From Gammaproteobacteria bacterium (GTDB lineage: Bacteria; Pseudomonadota; Gammaproteobacteria; Steroidobacterales; Steroidobacteraceae), in contig JANMYM010000036.1 of the NCBI GenBank assembly GCA_031382085.1, forward strand, positions 23,340 through 87,339: a stretch of DNA of 64,000 bases, written 5' to 3'. A model generated the notes under the pieces. The model was given only the letters and a program-made list of their open reading frames with translations. It did no database searches and was not told the DNA's origin. Position numbers and translations under genes: made by a program. This document shows positions 19,892 to 29,468 of this stretch, piece by piece. Within the stretch, counting starts at the first letter, position 1; every line of letters begins with the position of its first letter.

Positions 19892-21612
19892 TCCGCAAGG
19901 GCTTCGTCGATCTGCCGCACGGCCAGGTGCACTTCCGCTACGCCGGTCAGGGACAGCCGATTCTGCTGCTGCATGATTCGCCGCGATCGTCGGCCATGCA
20001 TGCCGCGCTGATCGAAGAACTGGCCGATGAATTCATGGTGATCGCGCTGGACACGCCGGGCTATGGTCACTCGAGCCCGCTGCCCGCTGAGTCGCGCCCG
20101 GAAATTCCGGATTTTGCGCGCGCGCTGGCCGCAACGCAGGCTGCGCTGGGTATCGAGCGCTGCGCCATTTACGGATTCCACACCAGCTCCAAGATACTGC
20201 TGCAGTTCGCACTCGAGCATCCGCAGCGCGTGGCACTGGCAATTATCGACGGCCTCAATCTGCCGCCGGGCGGACCCGGCGACGAATTCATAACGCGCTA
20301 CATGAAACCGCTGACCATCGCGGACGATGGCAGTCACCTCGCGGCCGGCTGGTCCCGGGCACGCGAGTTCATGCGTTTTTTCCCGTGGTTCGACAGCAGC
20401 CCGCGTTCGAGGCTGAATCAGGATTTTCCCGCGGACGAATACCTGCACGGCTATGCGCTCGATCTGCTGACAGCAGGACCACATTTTTCCGACGCTTACA
20501 GCGCGGCGATGCGCTATCTCGCGACGCCCCTGGTCAGCGGTGTGCGGGCACCCACGGTTTTCATGTGCCGATCCAACGATCCTTTGTTTGCGTTTCTCGA
20601 CTCGCTGCCTGCGCCCTTGCCGGCAGGCTGCCGTATCGAGCGCCTCGCACCCGAGCGCGACCGGTGGCAGGCGTTTTTGCGCGAACAGTTCCGCTCAGCG
20701 CACTCCAACACCACGCCTGCGGCTTCGCCGGGCCTGGGCCGCACCCGCGCGGCGGACGTGGCAACGACGGCGGTACAGCGGCGCTACCGCGATGGCACGC
20801 ACGGGCAATGGCACCTGCGTGAGGCCGGCGGCAGCAGCGGGCGTCCAATCGTGTTGCTGCCTGAATCCCCGGGATCATCCGCGGGACTGTTGCCTTTGTT
20901 AGCCGAGTGCGCCACGACCGGCCGGCCGGTGTGGGCACCCGACCTGCCCGGCCAGGGCGAGACAGCCGCGGTCGTGCGGCCAGATGGCAAGCCGCCCGTG
21001 CTGTCGGACTTCGTGGATGCGCTGCTCGGTCTGCTAGGGGCCAATACCCGGGAACCGTTGGACATCATTACGGCTTTCAGTGCCAGTCCGCTCGCGCTGG
21101 CAGCCGCGGCACGCGCGCCCGAGCGGATTCGCAGCGTGGTCTGCGACGGCATTCCCTTGTTAGGCGCCACGCTGCGCAAGCAGCTCGCGCGTCTCGATTG
21201 CCCGCCGCTCACCGTGTCACGGGACGGATCGCATCTGCTCGCCCTGTGGCACCAGTTGCGCGACCGCGAACTGTGCTGGCCCTGGTACGATCGCAGCGCC
21301 GCCGCGATCCGCCGCGTCAAACCGGATCTCGGGGCGTTGCGGATGGACCGCATGACTCTTGACCTGGCCCGCCAGCTGCCGCATTACGGCGCACTTAACC
21401 GCGCCATCTGGAGCAGCGACTACGCAAGCTTACTGGCCACGGTGCCGCAACCGGTGCTGCTGTTCAAGGATTCTGGGGATCCTCGCCTGGCAGCCAGTCT
21501 CAGGGCGCGACGACGCCTGCCGCTGGGCCAGCTGGTGCAGCGCCCGGATTCGGCGGCCAAATTGCTGGCAGCTGTTGGCAAGTTCTGGAGATCCATTGAT
21601 GCAGCAAGCTGA
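19888..21612 (+). CDS. tandem (two-domain) alpha/beta-hydrolase fold protein
   Basis: Two repeats of the pattern PILLLHDSPRSS...DTPGYGHS and PIVLLPESPGSS...DLPGQGET. No canonical GxSxG motif is seen. Confidence 0.6.
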   Translation: MIRKGFVDLPHGQVHFRYAGQGQPILLLHDSPRSSAMHAALIEELADEFMVIALDTPGYGHSSPLPAESRPEIPDFARALAATQAALGIERCAIYGFHTSSKILLQFALEHPQRVALAIIDGLNLPPGGPGDEFITRYMKPLTIADDGSHLAAGWSRAREFMRFFPWFDSSPRSRLNQDFPADEYLHGYALDLLTAGPHFSDAYSAAMRYLATPLVSGVRAPTVFMCRSNDPLFAFLDSLPAPLPAGCRIERLAPERDRWQAFLREQFRSAHSNTTPAASPGLGRTRAADVATTAVQRRYRDGTHGQWHLREAGGSSGRPIVLLPESPGSSAGLLPLLAECATTGRPVWAPDLPGQGETAAVVRPDGKPPVLSDFVDALLGLLGANTREPLDIITAFSASPLALAAAARAPERIRSVVCDGIPLLGATLRKQLARLDCPPLTVSRDGSHLLALWHQLRDRELCWPWYDRSAAAIRRVKPDLGALRMDRMTLDLARQLPHYGALNRAIWSSDYASLLATVPQPVLLFKDSGDPRLAASLRARRRLPLGQLVQRPDSAAKLLAAVGKFWRSIDAAS

Positions 21613-23182
21613 CGTCGCTGCGGCCAGGCGCGTCTTCATGCTCCTGCTGTTAGGCAGCCTGTGCGGCGATTTCAGCCAGGCCGCTGGCGATGCCGCCTGC
21701 AAAGCGCTGCTGCAACGAGATTTTGGCCAGACGCTCGACGCACCGACCCGGTTGACCGCCGCGGCGCTGGTCGAACCCAGCGCTGGCGTTCCGGCGCATT
21801 GCAAACTGGAAGGCCATGTCGCGCCGCAGGTGGGCCTCGAACTGCGGCTGCCGGCGTCCAACTGGAACGGCAAGCTGCTGACCCAGGGCTGCGGCGCCAT
21901 GTGCGGCATGATGTTAGGTTCGGAAGCCTGCGCCGAAGCGGTGTCGCGCGGCTATGCCTGCGTCACCACGGACATGGGACATCGCAGCCTGCCATACGAT
22001 GGCAAGTGGGCCTATAACAACCCGGTCGCCGAAATCGATCTGGGGCATCGCGCAACCCACGTGGCGACGCTGGCCGCCAGGGCGGTCGTCGGGGCCTATT
22101 ACTCGGCGGCGCCCAAACGCTCCTACTATCGCGGCTGCTCGACCGGTGGCCGGCAGGCGCTGGTGGCCGCGCAGCGCTATCCCTACGACTACGACGGCAT
22201 AATCGGTGGCGCCATCGTGTTCTATCAATTGATGGGTCCGCCGCTGCAATTGTTCTGGGGCTCCACGGTGAACCTCGACCGCCAGGGCAAGCCGCTACTC
22301 GATGTGGCCAAACTCCCCATGCTGGCGAAAGCCGTTTTGGCAGCCTGCGATGCTAACGACGGCGTCAAGGACGGCGTCATCGACAATCCTTTGCAATGCC
22401 AGTTCAAACCCGAGAGTCTGCGCTGTGGCGCGCAGGTTGGCGCCGAGTGCCTGACCGATGCCGAGGTTACTGTGGTCCAGAAGATGTACGCCGGACCAAT
22501 GACGTCGCAGGGCGTGAAGATAATGCCGAGCGGCCAGCTGCCGGGTTCCGAGCTCGCCTGGGACAGTTATTTTCGCGGCGGCAAGGCCTCGCCGAATTAT
22601 GGTTTCGGCGTGGAGATCCTGCGCTACCTGGCATTCCCGACCGACCCGGGTCCGACCTACGACCTGACCGACTTTAACTGGGATCGCGATCCGCAGCGCA
22701 TGAGCCTGTCGATGTTTTCGGCCGGCAATCCCGACCTGACATTGTTCCGCAATGCTGGCGGCAAGCTGCTGATGTTTCACGGCCTCGCGGACCCGGCGAT
22801 TTTCGCCACCTCGACGATCGCCTACTACGAACTCGCGACGCGCACGATGGGCGGCCGCAAGGACATGGACGCATTTGCGCGCCTGTTTCTACTTCCCGGC
22901 CTGTACCACTGCCGCGGCGGGCCGGGCACCAACTATGCCGATATGTTAGGCGCGCTGGAACAGTGGGTGGAGCATGATGCGGCGCCGGACATGATCATGG
23001 GCTATCACCAGAACAACGATGCACGCGGCCCAGTAGACCCACCCATAGGCTTTGAGCCGAAATCCGCTGATTTCAGCCGTCCAATTTTTCCTTATCCAGA
23101 TCGTGCCGTATACAAAGGTACGGGTGACTGGAAGGATCCTGGCAATTATCGGCGCCGCCCAGCCAGCGGTCATTTCCCGTAG
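21599..23182 (+). CDS. tannase/feruloyl esterase family alpha/beta hydrolase (secreted)
   Basis: ORF 21359.. trimmed to MQQADVAAARRVFMLLLLGSLCG (signal peptide). Carries the family motif YYRGCSTGGRQALVAAQRYPYDYDGIIGGA. Confidence 0.7.
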   Translation: MQQADVAAARRVFMLLLLGSLCGDFSQAAGDAACKALLQRDFGQTLDAPTRLTAAALVEPSAGVPAHCKLEGHVAPQVGLELRLPASNWNGKLLTQGCGAMCGMMLGSEACAEAVSRGYACVTTDMGHRSLPYDGKWAYNNPVAEIDLGHRATHVATLAARAVVGAYYSAAPKRSYYRGCSTGGRQALVAAQRYPYDYDGIIGGAIVFYQLMGPPLQLFWGSTVNLDRQGKPLLDVAKLPMLAKAVLAACDANDGVKDGVIDNPLQCQFKPESLRCGAQVGAECLTDAEVTVVQKMYAGPMTSQGVKIMPSGQLPGSELAWDSYFRGGKASPNYGFGVEILRYLAFPTDPGPTYDLTDFNWDRDPQRMSLSMFSAGNPDLTLFRNAGGKLLMFHGLADPAIFATSTIAYYELATRTMGGRKDMDAFARLFLLPGLYHCRGGPGTNYADMLGALEQWVEHDAAPDMIMGYHQNNDARGPVDPPIGFEPKSADFSRPIFPYPDRAVYKGTGDWKDPGNYRRRPASGHFP

Positions 23183-23192
23183 AATTCGCGCC

Positions 23193-23540
23193 ATGCAAAT
23201 TCAAAGAATTGGCTCCGGAATCCGGATGTCACAGGGTGTGGTCGCGGGCAGCGTGGTCTATATTGCCGGACAGGTCGCTGACGACACCAGCGCCGATGTC
23301 AAAGGCCAGACTGCGCAGGTGCTTGCAAAAATTGATGCAGTGTTAGCCAAGGCGGGTAGCAGCAAGTCACAATTGCTGTCGGCCACCATCTATCTCAAGG
23401 ACATGGCGGATTTCGCGGCCATGAACCAGATCTGGGACGCCTGGGTCGCGGTTGACGGCAAGCCGGCACGGGCGACGGTCCAGGCGGCACTGGCAACACC
23501 GCACTATCTGGTGGAAATCCAGGCGGTTGCCGCGCTGTAG
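23193..23540 (+). CDS. RidA/YjgF family protein
   Basis: VYIAGQVADD...ATIYLKDMADFAAMNQIWDAW...PARATVQA...VEIQAVA. Confidence 0.8.
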   Translation: MQIQRIGSGIRMSQGVVAGSVVYIAGQVADDTSADVKGQTAQVLAKIDAVLAKAGSSKSQLLSATIYLKDMADFAAMNQIWDAWVAVDGKPARATVQAALATPHYLVEIQAVAAL

Positions 23541-23599
23541 ATCGCGCTGCCGGCCAAGCCGTGACCTGATAAATTCCGCCGTGCCGAGGAACGTGGTGA

Positions 23600-24613
23600 C
23601 TAACTGCGCTCGGGCCCGATGCGCACCAGCGCCTTGCCGAAATTGCCGCCACGCATGAGCCGGCAAAAGGCCTCGGGCGCCGCCGCCAGCGGTTCGGCAA
23701 TATCCTCGCGATAGTGGAACTTGCCTTCACGAATCCACCCGGAAATCACGCGGCTCATCTCCGCCATGCGTTGCAGGTGGTCATAAACGACGAGACCCTT
23801 CAGGGTCGCACGGGCGCCGACCACCGGCCCCAGCCACGGCCCCGGCGGCGGCGTATCCATGCTGTAGGCTTCGATCATGCCGCAGAGCACGATCCGCGCA
23901 CCTAACGCCAGATTGCGAATCACGGCCTGCAGCGTGTCGCCGGCGACGTTGTCGAAGTAAACGTTTATGCCGTCAGGACACGCCGCTTTCAGCGACTTTG
24001 TGAGGTCGCCCCGCTTGTAATTGACGCAATCTGCAAACCCCAACTCCTTGATTGCATACGCGCACTTTTCATCGCTGCCCGCAATTCCGACCACGCGCGC
24101 ACCCATGTGCCGCGCAATTTGCCCCGCAGTTGAACCGACCGGGCCCGTGCACGCTGACACTACAAAAGTTTCGCCGGGCTTCGGCTCGCCTAACACGACC
24201 GTGCCAGCCCAGCCAGTCAGGCCGGGCATGCCCAGCACGCCCAGCGCCGAACCTAACGGCGCCTGCGCAGTATCAAGCTTGCGCACGCCCTGCCCCGACG
24301 ACAGCGCATATTGCTGCCAGCCGTTACGCACCGCGACATAGTCCCCGGCGCGAAACTCCGGGTTGCGTGAGTCCATGACCTGCGCAACTGTTTCCCCCAC
24401 CATCACATCGCCAGGCGCCAGCCGGTCTGCGTAGACCTGGCTGTTTTTCATCACATTGCGATAGTAGGGATCCAATGACAGGTAAATACTCCGGGACAGG
24501 AACTGTCCCGGGCCCGGCGTTGGGATTGCGGTTTCATCGGCGCCGAAATCCTCAAGCACGGGCAGCCCACGAGGGACCCGTGCCATCAGAATGCGCCGAT
24601 TGCGATCCGGCAT
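23600..24613 (-). CDS. NADP-dependent oxidoreductase, MDR superfamily (YncB/CurA-like enone reductase)
   Basis: GETFVVSACTGPVGSTAGQIARHMGARVVGIAGSDEK is the cofactor-binding segment. Confidence 0.8.
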   Translation of the reverse strand: MPDRNRRILMARVPRGLPVLEDFGADETAIPTPGPGQFLSRSIYLSLDPYYRNVMKNSQVYADRLAPGDVMVGETVAQVMDSRNPEFRAGDYVAVRNGWQQYALSSGQGVRKLDTAQAPLGSALGVLGMPGLTGWAGTVVLGEPKPGETFVVSACTGPVGSTAGQIARHMGARVVGIAGSDEKCAYAIKELGFADCVNYKRGDLTKSLKAACPDGINVYFDNVAGDTLQAVIRNLALGARIVLCGMIEAYSMDTPPPGPWLGPVVGARATLKGLVVYDHLQRMAEMSRVISGWIREGKFHYREDIAEPLAAAPEAFCRLMRGGNFGKALVRIGPERS

Positions 24614-24627
24614 GTGTGCCGCGCCGT

Positions 24628-25107
24628 TTATAGCTGCTTCAACAGGTATTCAGCCGCGGACACTTCGAACTTGCCCGGCGCTTCGATATTCACGTGCCTG
24701 GCAACGCCGTTGTCGACCACGATCGCAAAACGTTGACCACGCATGCCCATGCCGAAGCCACGGCCGTCCATTTCCAGGCCTAACGCGCGGGAGTAGTCAC
24801 CGTTGCCATCTGCCAGCATCATGACTTTGTCGCCGGTATTCGAGGCCTTGCCCCAGGCGCCCATGACGAAGGCATCGTTGACCGCCATGCAGGCAACGCT
24901 GTAGCCCTTGGCCTTGAATTCGGTGGCGTGATTCACGAATCCCGGCAGATGCTTGGCATCGCAGGTCGGCGTGAATGCGCCCGGCACTGAAAACAGCACC
25001 ACTTTCTTGTCCTTGAACAGCTCGTCGGACGTCACCGTCGCCATGCCGTCCTTGCCGATCATCTTGAAACTGCCCGTAGGCATGGTCTCGCCCGCTTTGA
25101 TAGTCAT
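24628..25107 (-). CDS. peroxiredoxin (Prx5-type)
   Basis: VLFSVPGAFTPTCDAKHLPGF is the peroxidatic Cys motif. Confidence 0.85.
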   Translation of the reverse strand: MTIKAGETMPTGSFKMIGKDGMATVTSDELFKDKKVVLFSVPGAFTPTCDAKHLPGFVNHATEFKAKGYSVACMAVNDAFVMGAWGKASNTGDKVMMLADGNGDYSRALGLEMDGRGFGMGMRGQRFAIVVDNGVARHVNIEAPGKFEVSAAEYLLKQL

Positions 25108-25149
25108 AGTCGTCTCTCTCTGTGGTTATCGATCAGGTTGGTGGCTGGA

Positions 25150-26700
25150 TCATCCGGAATACGGACGATGCAGGTACTGGCCGCGCGCCGGTCCCACCGA
25201 CTTGCCATTGTTCCATATCAACTGGCCCCGCAGGTAGGTACTGTCGATAGTCGCCGACATTTCCATGCCTTCGAAGACCGAAAAGCCCTGCGATGACTTC
25301 GATAATTTACCGCTGGCGACAAAGCTCTTTTTTGGGTCGACGAGCACGACGTCGGCATCCAAGCCGGGCGCCAGATCGCCTTTGGAATGCAGTCCAAAAC
25401 GTCGTGCAGGCGCCCAGGACGTAAGCTCAGCCATGCGGTTGTAGCTCAGGCCCCGCGGCTTGCCTTCGGTGATCAGGGCCGGGAGCATGAACTCCGTGCC
25501 ACCGAAGCCAGATTTCGCCATGAATACGTTGTCCTGCAGGCCGTGCTTGGATTCTTCCTTGCAGCAGGCGTGATCCGAACAGACCCAATCGAGTTCGCGA
25601 TCTAACAAGGACTGCCAAAGGTACTCAACATCGGCACGCGAGCGAATCGGCGGGTTGACCTTCGCCTGATTGCCGATCTTGCTGTTGTAATCCAGGCACA
25701 GGTGCCCGATGGTCACTTCGCGACGGAAGTTCACGTGCGGGAACGCCTTCTTCATGGCCTTGGCGGCTTCGACCGCCTTGCGCGATGTCAGGTGCAGCAG
25801 GTTGATGTTCGGGCAGTTGGTTTCGTTGGCGAGATAACTCGCGATCGAAATCGCCAGACCTTCTGAATGTGGCGGCCGCGCGGCACTGTAGGCGCGCAGT
25901 CCTGTCAGCGGCTCGCAGTCGACACAGCTCGGATCCATCGTATGACCATAGAGGTAGGTGTCAAGATCAGTGACCTTCGCGCCGGCTTCGACCATCCTGG
26001 TGTAGGCGCTGAGGATTTCCGCAAGTTCGCAGTGCAGCGACAGCGAGATTGAGTCCTTGATCCTGGGATTCATCGCCATCGCACGCTGCACACCACGCAT
26101 GACAAATTCGAAATGCGCGATGTCGTATTTCTCGTTCTTGTCGATCATCAGAAATTCGTGCTGTGAGTTAGACGCGCCGTGCAGGCCATAACCGCCATAA
26201 AACATGAAAATCTTGAATGATGTGACGCCGTACTTGTTGATCAGCATGTCGATCTCGCCGATATGGCGGCGATCGAGGGGCGCGAGATGATACGCGTAAT
26301 CCACATGAAACTTGCCGCGCGAGATTTCGAGTACTTCCGGGTACACATCCGCGTAAGGACCGCCCTTCTGCATGTAGTAGCCGCCGGTGCGCATGTAGTT
26401 GAGACTGGAGGTAACACCGCCCTGCGCGGCCGCCAGGCTCTCGGTGACTGCGTCCTCAGCTAACGGCGCGTAAATGCCGCAATGCATGTGCGGATCGACC
26501 AGACCCGGGAATGCGAGCCGTCCTTTGCCGTCCACGACTTCACGCGCATCGGCAGTCTTGAGGCCCACAGCAATTTTCTTGATCTTGCCGCCGACGATCG
26601 CGATGTCGGCTTTCGGGGTCGCGGACTTGCGCGGCCTCACGAGCTTTACGTTTTTGATCAGGAGATCATATTTCTTGGTGTCGCCCATAAATTCATCCAA
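25150..26700 (-). CDS. cyclic amidohydrolase (dihydropyrimidinase/hydantoinase-like)
   Basis: DLLIKNVKLV...FPGLVDPHMHCG is the metal-binding start of the amidohydrolase barrel; 516 aa. Confidence 0.75.
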   Translation of the reverse strand: MDEFMGDTKKYDLLIKNVKLVRPRKSATPKADIAIVGGKIKKIAVGLKTADAREVVDGKGRLAFPGLVDPHMHCGIYAPLAEDAVTESLAAAQGGVTSSLNYMRTGGYYMQKGGPYADVYPEVLEISRGKFHVDYAYHLAPLDRRHIGEIDMLINKYGVTSFKIFMFYGGYGLHGASNSQHEFLMIDKNEKYDIAHFEFVMRGVQRAMAMNPRIKDSISLSLHCELAEILSAYTRMVEAGAKVTDLDTYLYGHTMDPSCVDCEPLTGLRAYSAARPPHSEGLAISIASYLANETNCPNINLLHLTSRKAVEAAKAMKKAFPHVNFRREVTIGHLCLDYNSKIGNQAKVNPPIRSRADVEYLWQSLLDRELDWVCSDHACCKEESKHGLQDNVFMAKSGFGGTEFMLPALITEGKPRGLSYNRMAELTSWAPARRFGLHSKGDLAPGLDADVVLVDPKKSFVASGKLSKSSQGFSVFEGMEMSATIDSTYLRGQLIWNNGKSVGPARGQYLHRPYSG

Positions 26701-27952
26701 TCAGGAATAAAGACAGTCTTGGCCAGAATGACACGACAATCAGCCCAACCATCATCAGCAGTATGAAGGGCAGGACCGCGCGACAAATAAATCCGAAACT
26801 CTCGCGAAACGCGGTCATCGCGACAATCAGGTTGAGACCCATCGGCGGAGTCAGATAACCAATTTCGAGATTGACCGTCATCATTATGCCGAAATGCACA
26901 GGATGCAGGCCCTGTGACTCGGCCACTGGCTGCAGAATGGGCGCTAGCAGCAGGATTGCCGAGCCGATGTCCATCAGGCACCCGACCACCAGCAGCAGTG
27001 CGTTGCTGACCAGCAGGAACCCCGTTGGCCCGGAAATCAGCGACTCAAGTTGGCCAACCACCATTTGCGGCACTTGTTGATAGACCAGCAGCTTGTTTAT
27101 TGACAGCGCCATCATCAGGACGGGAAACAAGCCGCCCATGAGCCGCGATGTGTCCAGGACGACGCCCTTCAGGGCGCGCCAGTTCAAGTGACGGTAAACA
27201 ACCAATTCGACAAACAGCGCATACACCGATGCGACCGCCGCCGACTCCGTGGCGGTGAATTTGCCGGAGTAGATGCCACCCAGGATGATGATCGGCATCA
27301 GCAGCGCCCAGGTGCCCTCGCGCAGCGCCACGCGGATTTCCACGCCGTCCCAGCGCTTGTCGCGCAGCTGCCACTGGGTCGCCAGCGAATACGCCGTCAG
27401 CAATGCGAGCAGCAGCAATCCTGGACCAACGCCCGCGAGAAACAACTCCGCGATCGAGGTCCCGGTCATGACGCCATACAGAATCAGCGGGATCGACGGC
27501 GGGATGATGATCCCCAGCGTCGCGCCGGCGCATAGCAGGCCTAACGAAAAAGACTTGCTATACCCGCCCGCCAGTAGCGCCGGATACATGATGCTGCCAA
27601 CAGCTAACAGCGTGACCGCGCTGGAGCCGACGATGGCCGCAAACACGCCGCAGGACAGACAGGTTGCGACCGCGAGTCCCGCCGGCACCGCTGCGGTCAG
27701 CGCGCGCATTATGCGCACCAGGCGCCGCGCCATCGCGCCCTCGGCCATCAATTGCCCGGCCAGCATGTAGAGCGGTATCGCGATCAACACGTCTTTCTGC
27801 AGCTCGTCCCAGCCGTCCAGAATGACGTTGCTGACTTGACCGCCACCCACTGTGAGGTACAGGTAGATTGCGGCTGCGGCCAGCACGACAACCAGGTATT
27901 GCCGCAGCCACAGCAGCACAAACACCAGCGCAATCAGGCCGAGGGCCATCAT
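26693..27952 (-). CDS. dctM: TRAP transporter large permease
   Basis: ORF 26693..28225 trimmed to MMALGLIALVFVLLW. It has a typical DctM profile, with an ATGA overlap to dctQ. Confidence 0.85.
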   Translation of the reverse strand: MMALGLIALVFVLLWLRQYLVVVLAAAAIYLYLTVGGGQVSNVILDGWDELQKDVLIAIPLYMLAGQLMAEGAMARRLVRIMRALTAAVPAGLAVATCLSCGVFAAIVGSSAVTLLAVGSIMYPALLAGGYSKSFSLGLLCAGATLGIIIPPSIPLILYGVMTGTSIAELFLAGVGPGLLLLALLTAYSLATQWQLRDKRWDGVEIRVALREGTWALLMPIIILGGIYSGKFTATESAAVASVYALFVELVVYRHLNWRALKGVVLDTSRLMGGLFPVLMMALSINKLLVYQQVPQMVVGQLESLISGPTGFLLVSNALLLVVGCLMDIGSAILLLAPILQPVAESQGLHPVHFGIMMTVNLEIGYLTPPMGLNLIVAMTAFRESFGFICRAVLPFILLMMVGLIVVSFWPRLSLFLIG

Positions 27953-28479
27953 GCGCGCGGTGCCTCGCTGGTCTCGTCGCGTTCCTGCGGCCGAAGCACC
28001 GGATACAGCGCGAACAGGGCATGCTTGAATGTCGCAAATCCAAGCGCGACCGGCATGCACAGCTGAAAGATCCAGATCGGCCAGCGCAGCACACTGTTGC
28101 TGTCGCCAAGCTGGCGCGTGTCGGCAACGACCCGCGTGGCGATTACCGCCAGCAGCAGAAATCCGGCTGCTGTCAGCAGCTCCTGCACGCGCGGCAGCCA
28201 TGAATTCCAGCTTGCCCGGACCCACGAGTCCATGAACCTGGGCCGCAGGTGCGATCCCTGGCTCGATGCAATGCCGATGCCTAACATCGACAGCCAGATG
28301 TTGGCGTAGATGCCGACATCACGAGACCACAGCAGCCCGCTGCCGGTAATCGTGCGCAGTGCAACGTCGGCAAATGTCACCAGAATCAGGGTCGCGAACG
28401 CTGTCAGCAACACTGCGGTTTCCAACGCCAGCATTTTTTGCAGGCATCGTCGGGCCCAGGCGGCGTCAGCGGATTTCAA
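27949..28479 (-). CDS. dctQ: TRAP transporter small permease
   Basis: A 176-aa, 4-TM protein located immediately upstream of dctM. Confidence 0.7.
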   Translation of the reverse strand: MKSADAAWARRCLQKMLALETAVLLTAFATLILVTFADVALRTITGSGLLWSRDVGIYANIWLSMLGIGIASSQGSHLRPRFMDSWVRASWNSWLPRVQELLTAAGFLLLAVIATRVVADTRQLGDSNSVLRWPIWIFQLCMPVALGFATFKHALFALYPVLRPQERDETSEAPRA

Positions 28480-28490
28480 GCGGCTTCCGA

Positions 28491-29468
28491 TTACTTGCGG
28501 CGGCGCCAGGACTTGATTTCAGACGCCGACAGGTCGCGCGCGACCCGGAAGCCGAAATAACTGTAATGCGCATCGTTAGGATCCCGCCCGCGAAAACTCA
28601 GGCGCTGGCGGCTCGGCCGCGTCATCCAGCCACCGCCGCGTACCGACCAGTTGTCGCAGTCGGACGCGGCGGGTTCCGGCCTGCCGTCGGTCGGCGAGGT
28701 GTCGTAAGTCGCGCGATAACAGTCGGCGGTCCACTCCCAGACGTTGCCGATCATGTCGTGCAAACCGAAGTTGTTAGGCCTGAATTTCCCGACCGGGGCA
28801 AGCTCCGCGAAACCGTCATCGCAATCTACATAACCCCAGCCAAAATCGTTGGTCTTGTGGCCCGCACGATCGTAGAGATTGCCGTACTCACAGGCCAGAT
28901 CCTGGTTGTTGCCCCAGCTGTAGGCGCCGCGTGTACCGGCTGCCGCTGCGTATTCCCATTCGGACTCCGACGGCAGGCGATAGGACTTGCCAGTAGCCTG
29001 CCCGAGCCACGCGACGTATGCCAGCGCATCGATCCGTCCTACGCAGACTACCGGTGAATCGTCGGCCTGCGGCTCTCTGAATGCCGGCGCCAGCCAGCCC
29101 GCGGACCTGTCGGTGCTCCACTCGACGCGCCCGGTGTCGGCAGACAGCCCGTGCGCCTGCACGCGGCAGCCCGCGCTGACAACATGGCCGGTGGCGACCA
29201 CAAACCGCCGGAACTCCGCCAACGTGACTTCGAACTGACCTAACGCGAATGGCCTGGCGAATCGGACTGCATGGATCGGTCCTTCGGGGCGGTTTTTTTC
29301 GCCATCGTCCGAGCCCATCATAAAAAGACCCGGCGGCACGACCACCACCGGGCTGCAATCGGCGCAGTCAACTAGAGTCTGCGTGTTCGCGGCTGTGGCA
29401 ATACCCAGACGCATCGCCGGCAGCAAGGCGCAAACTAACATTGCGACGAAAGTGATTCGATGACTCAC
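28491..29468 (-). CDS. formylglycine-generating-enzyme (SUMF1/FGE-sulfatase) domain protein with signal peptide
   Basis: Contains GLHDMIGNVWEWTADCY and RGGGWMTRPSRQRLSFRG. The preferred start is GTG 29468, giving a GTGA overlap with the upstream MFS stop. The leader is SHRITFVAMLVCALLPAMRLGIATA. Confidence 0.75.
   Translation of the reverse strand: MSHRITFVAMLVCALLPAMRLGIATAANTQTLVDCADCSPVVVVPPGLFMMGSDDGEKNRPEGPIHAVRFARPFALGQFEVTLAEFRRFVVATGHVVSAGCRVQAHGLSADTGRVEWSTDRSAGWLAPAFREPQADDSPVVCVGRIDALAYVAWLGQATGKSYRLPSESEWEYAAAAGTRGAYSWGNNQDLACEYGNLYDRAGHKTNDFGWGYVDCDDGFAELAPVGKFRPNNFGLHDMIGNVWEWTADCYRATYDTSPTDGRPEPAASDCDNWSVRGGGWMTRPSRQRLSFRGRDPNDAHYSYFGFRVARDLSASEIKSWRRRK

Noticed and set aside
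26693-28225. ORF-track 5' extensions, e.g. DctM as 510 aa, 700..2076, 21359..23182, 29465..30940, 7683..8531 and 51694..52419.
   Set aside because: The extensions overlap upstream genes and have shadow-like composition. Internal starts give normal protein lengths and classic 4-nt stop/start overlaps.
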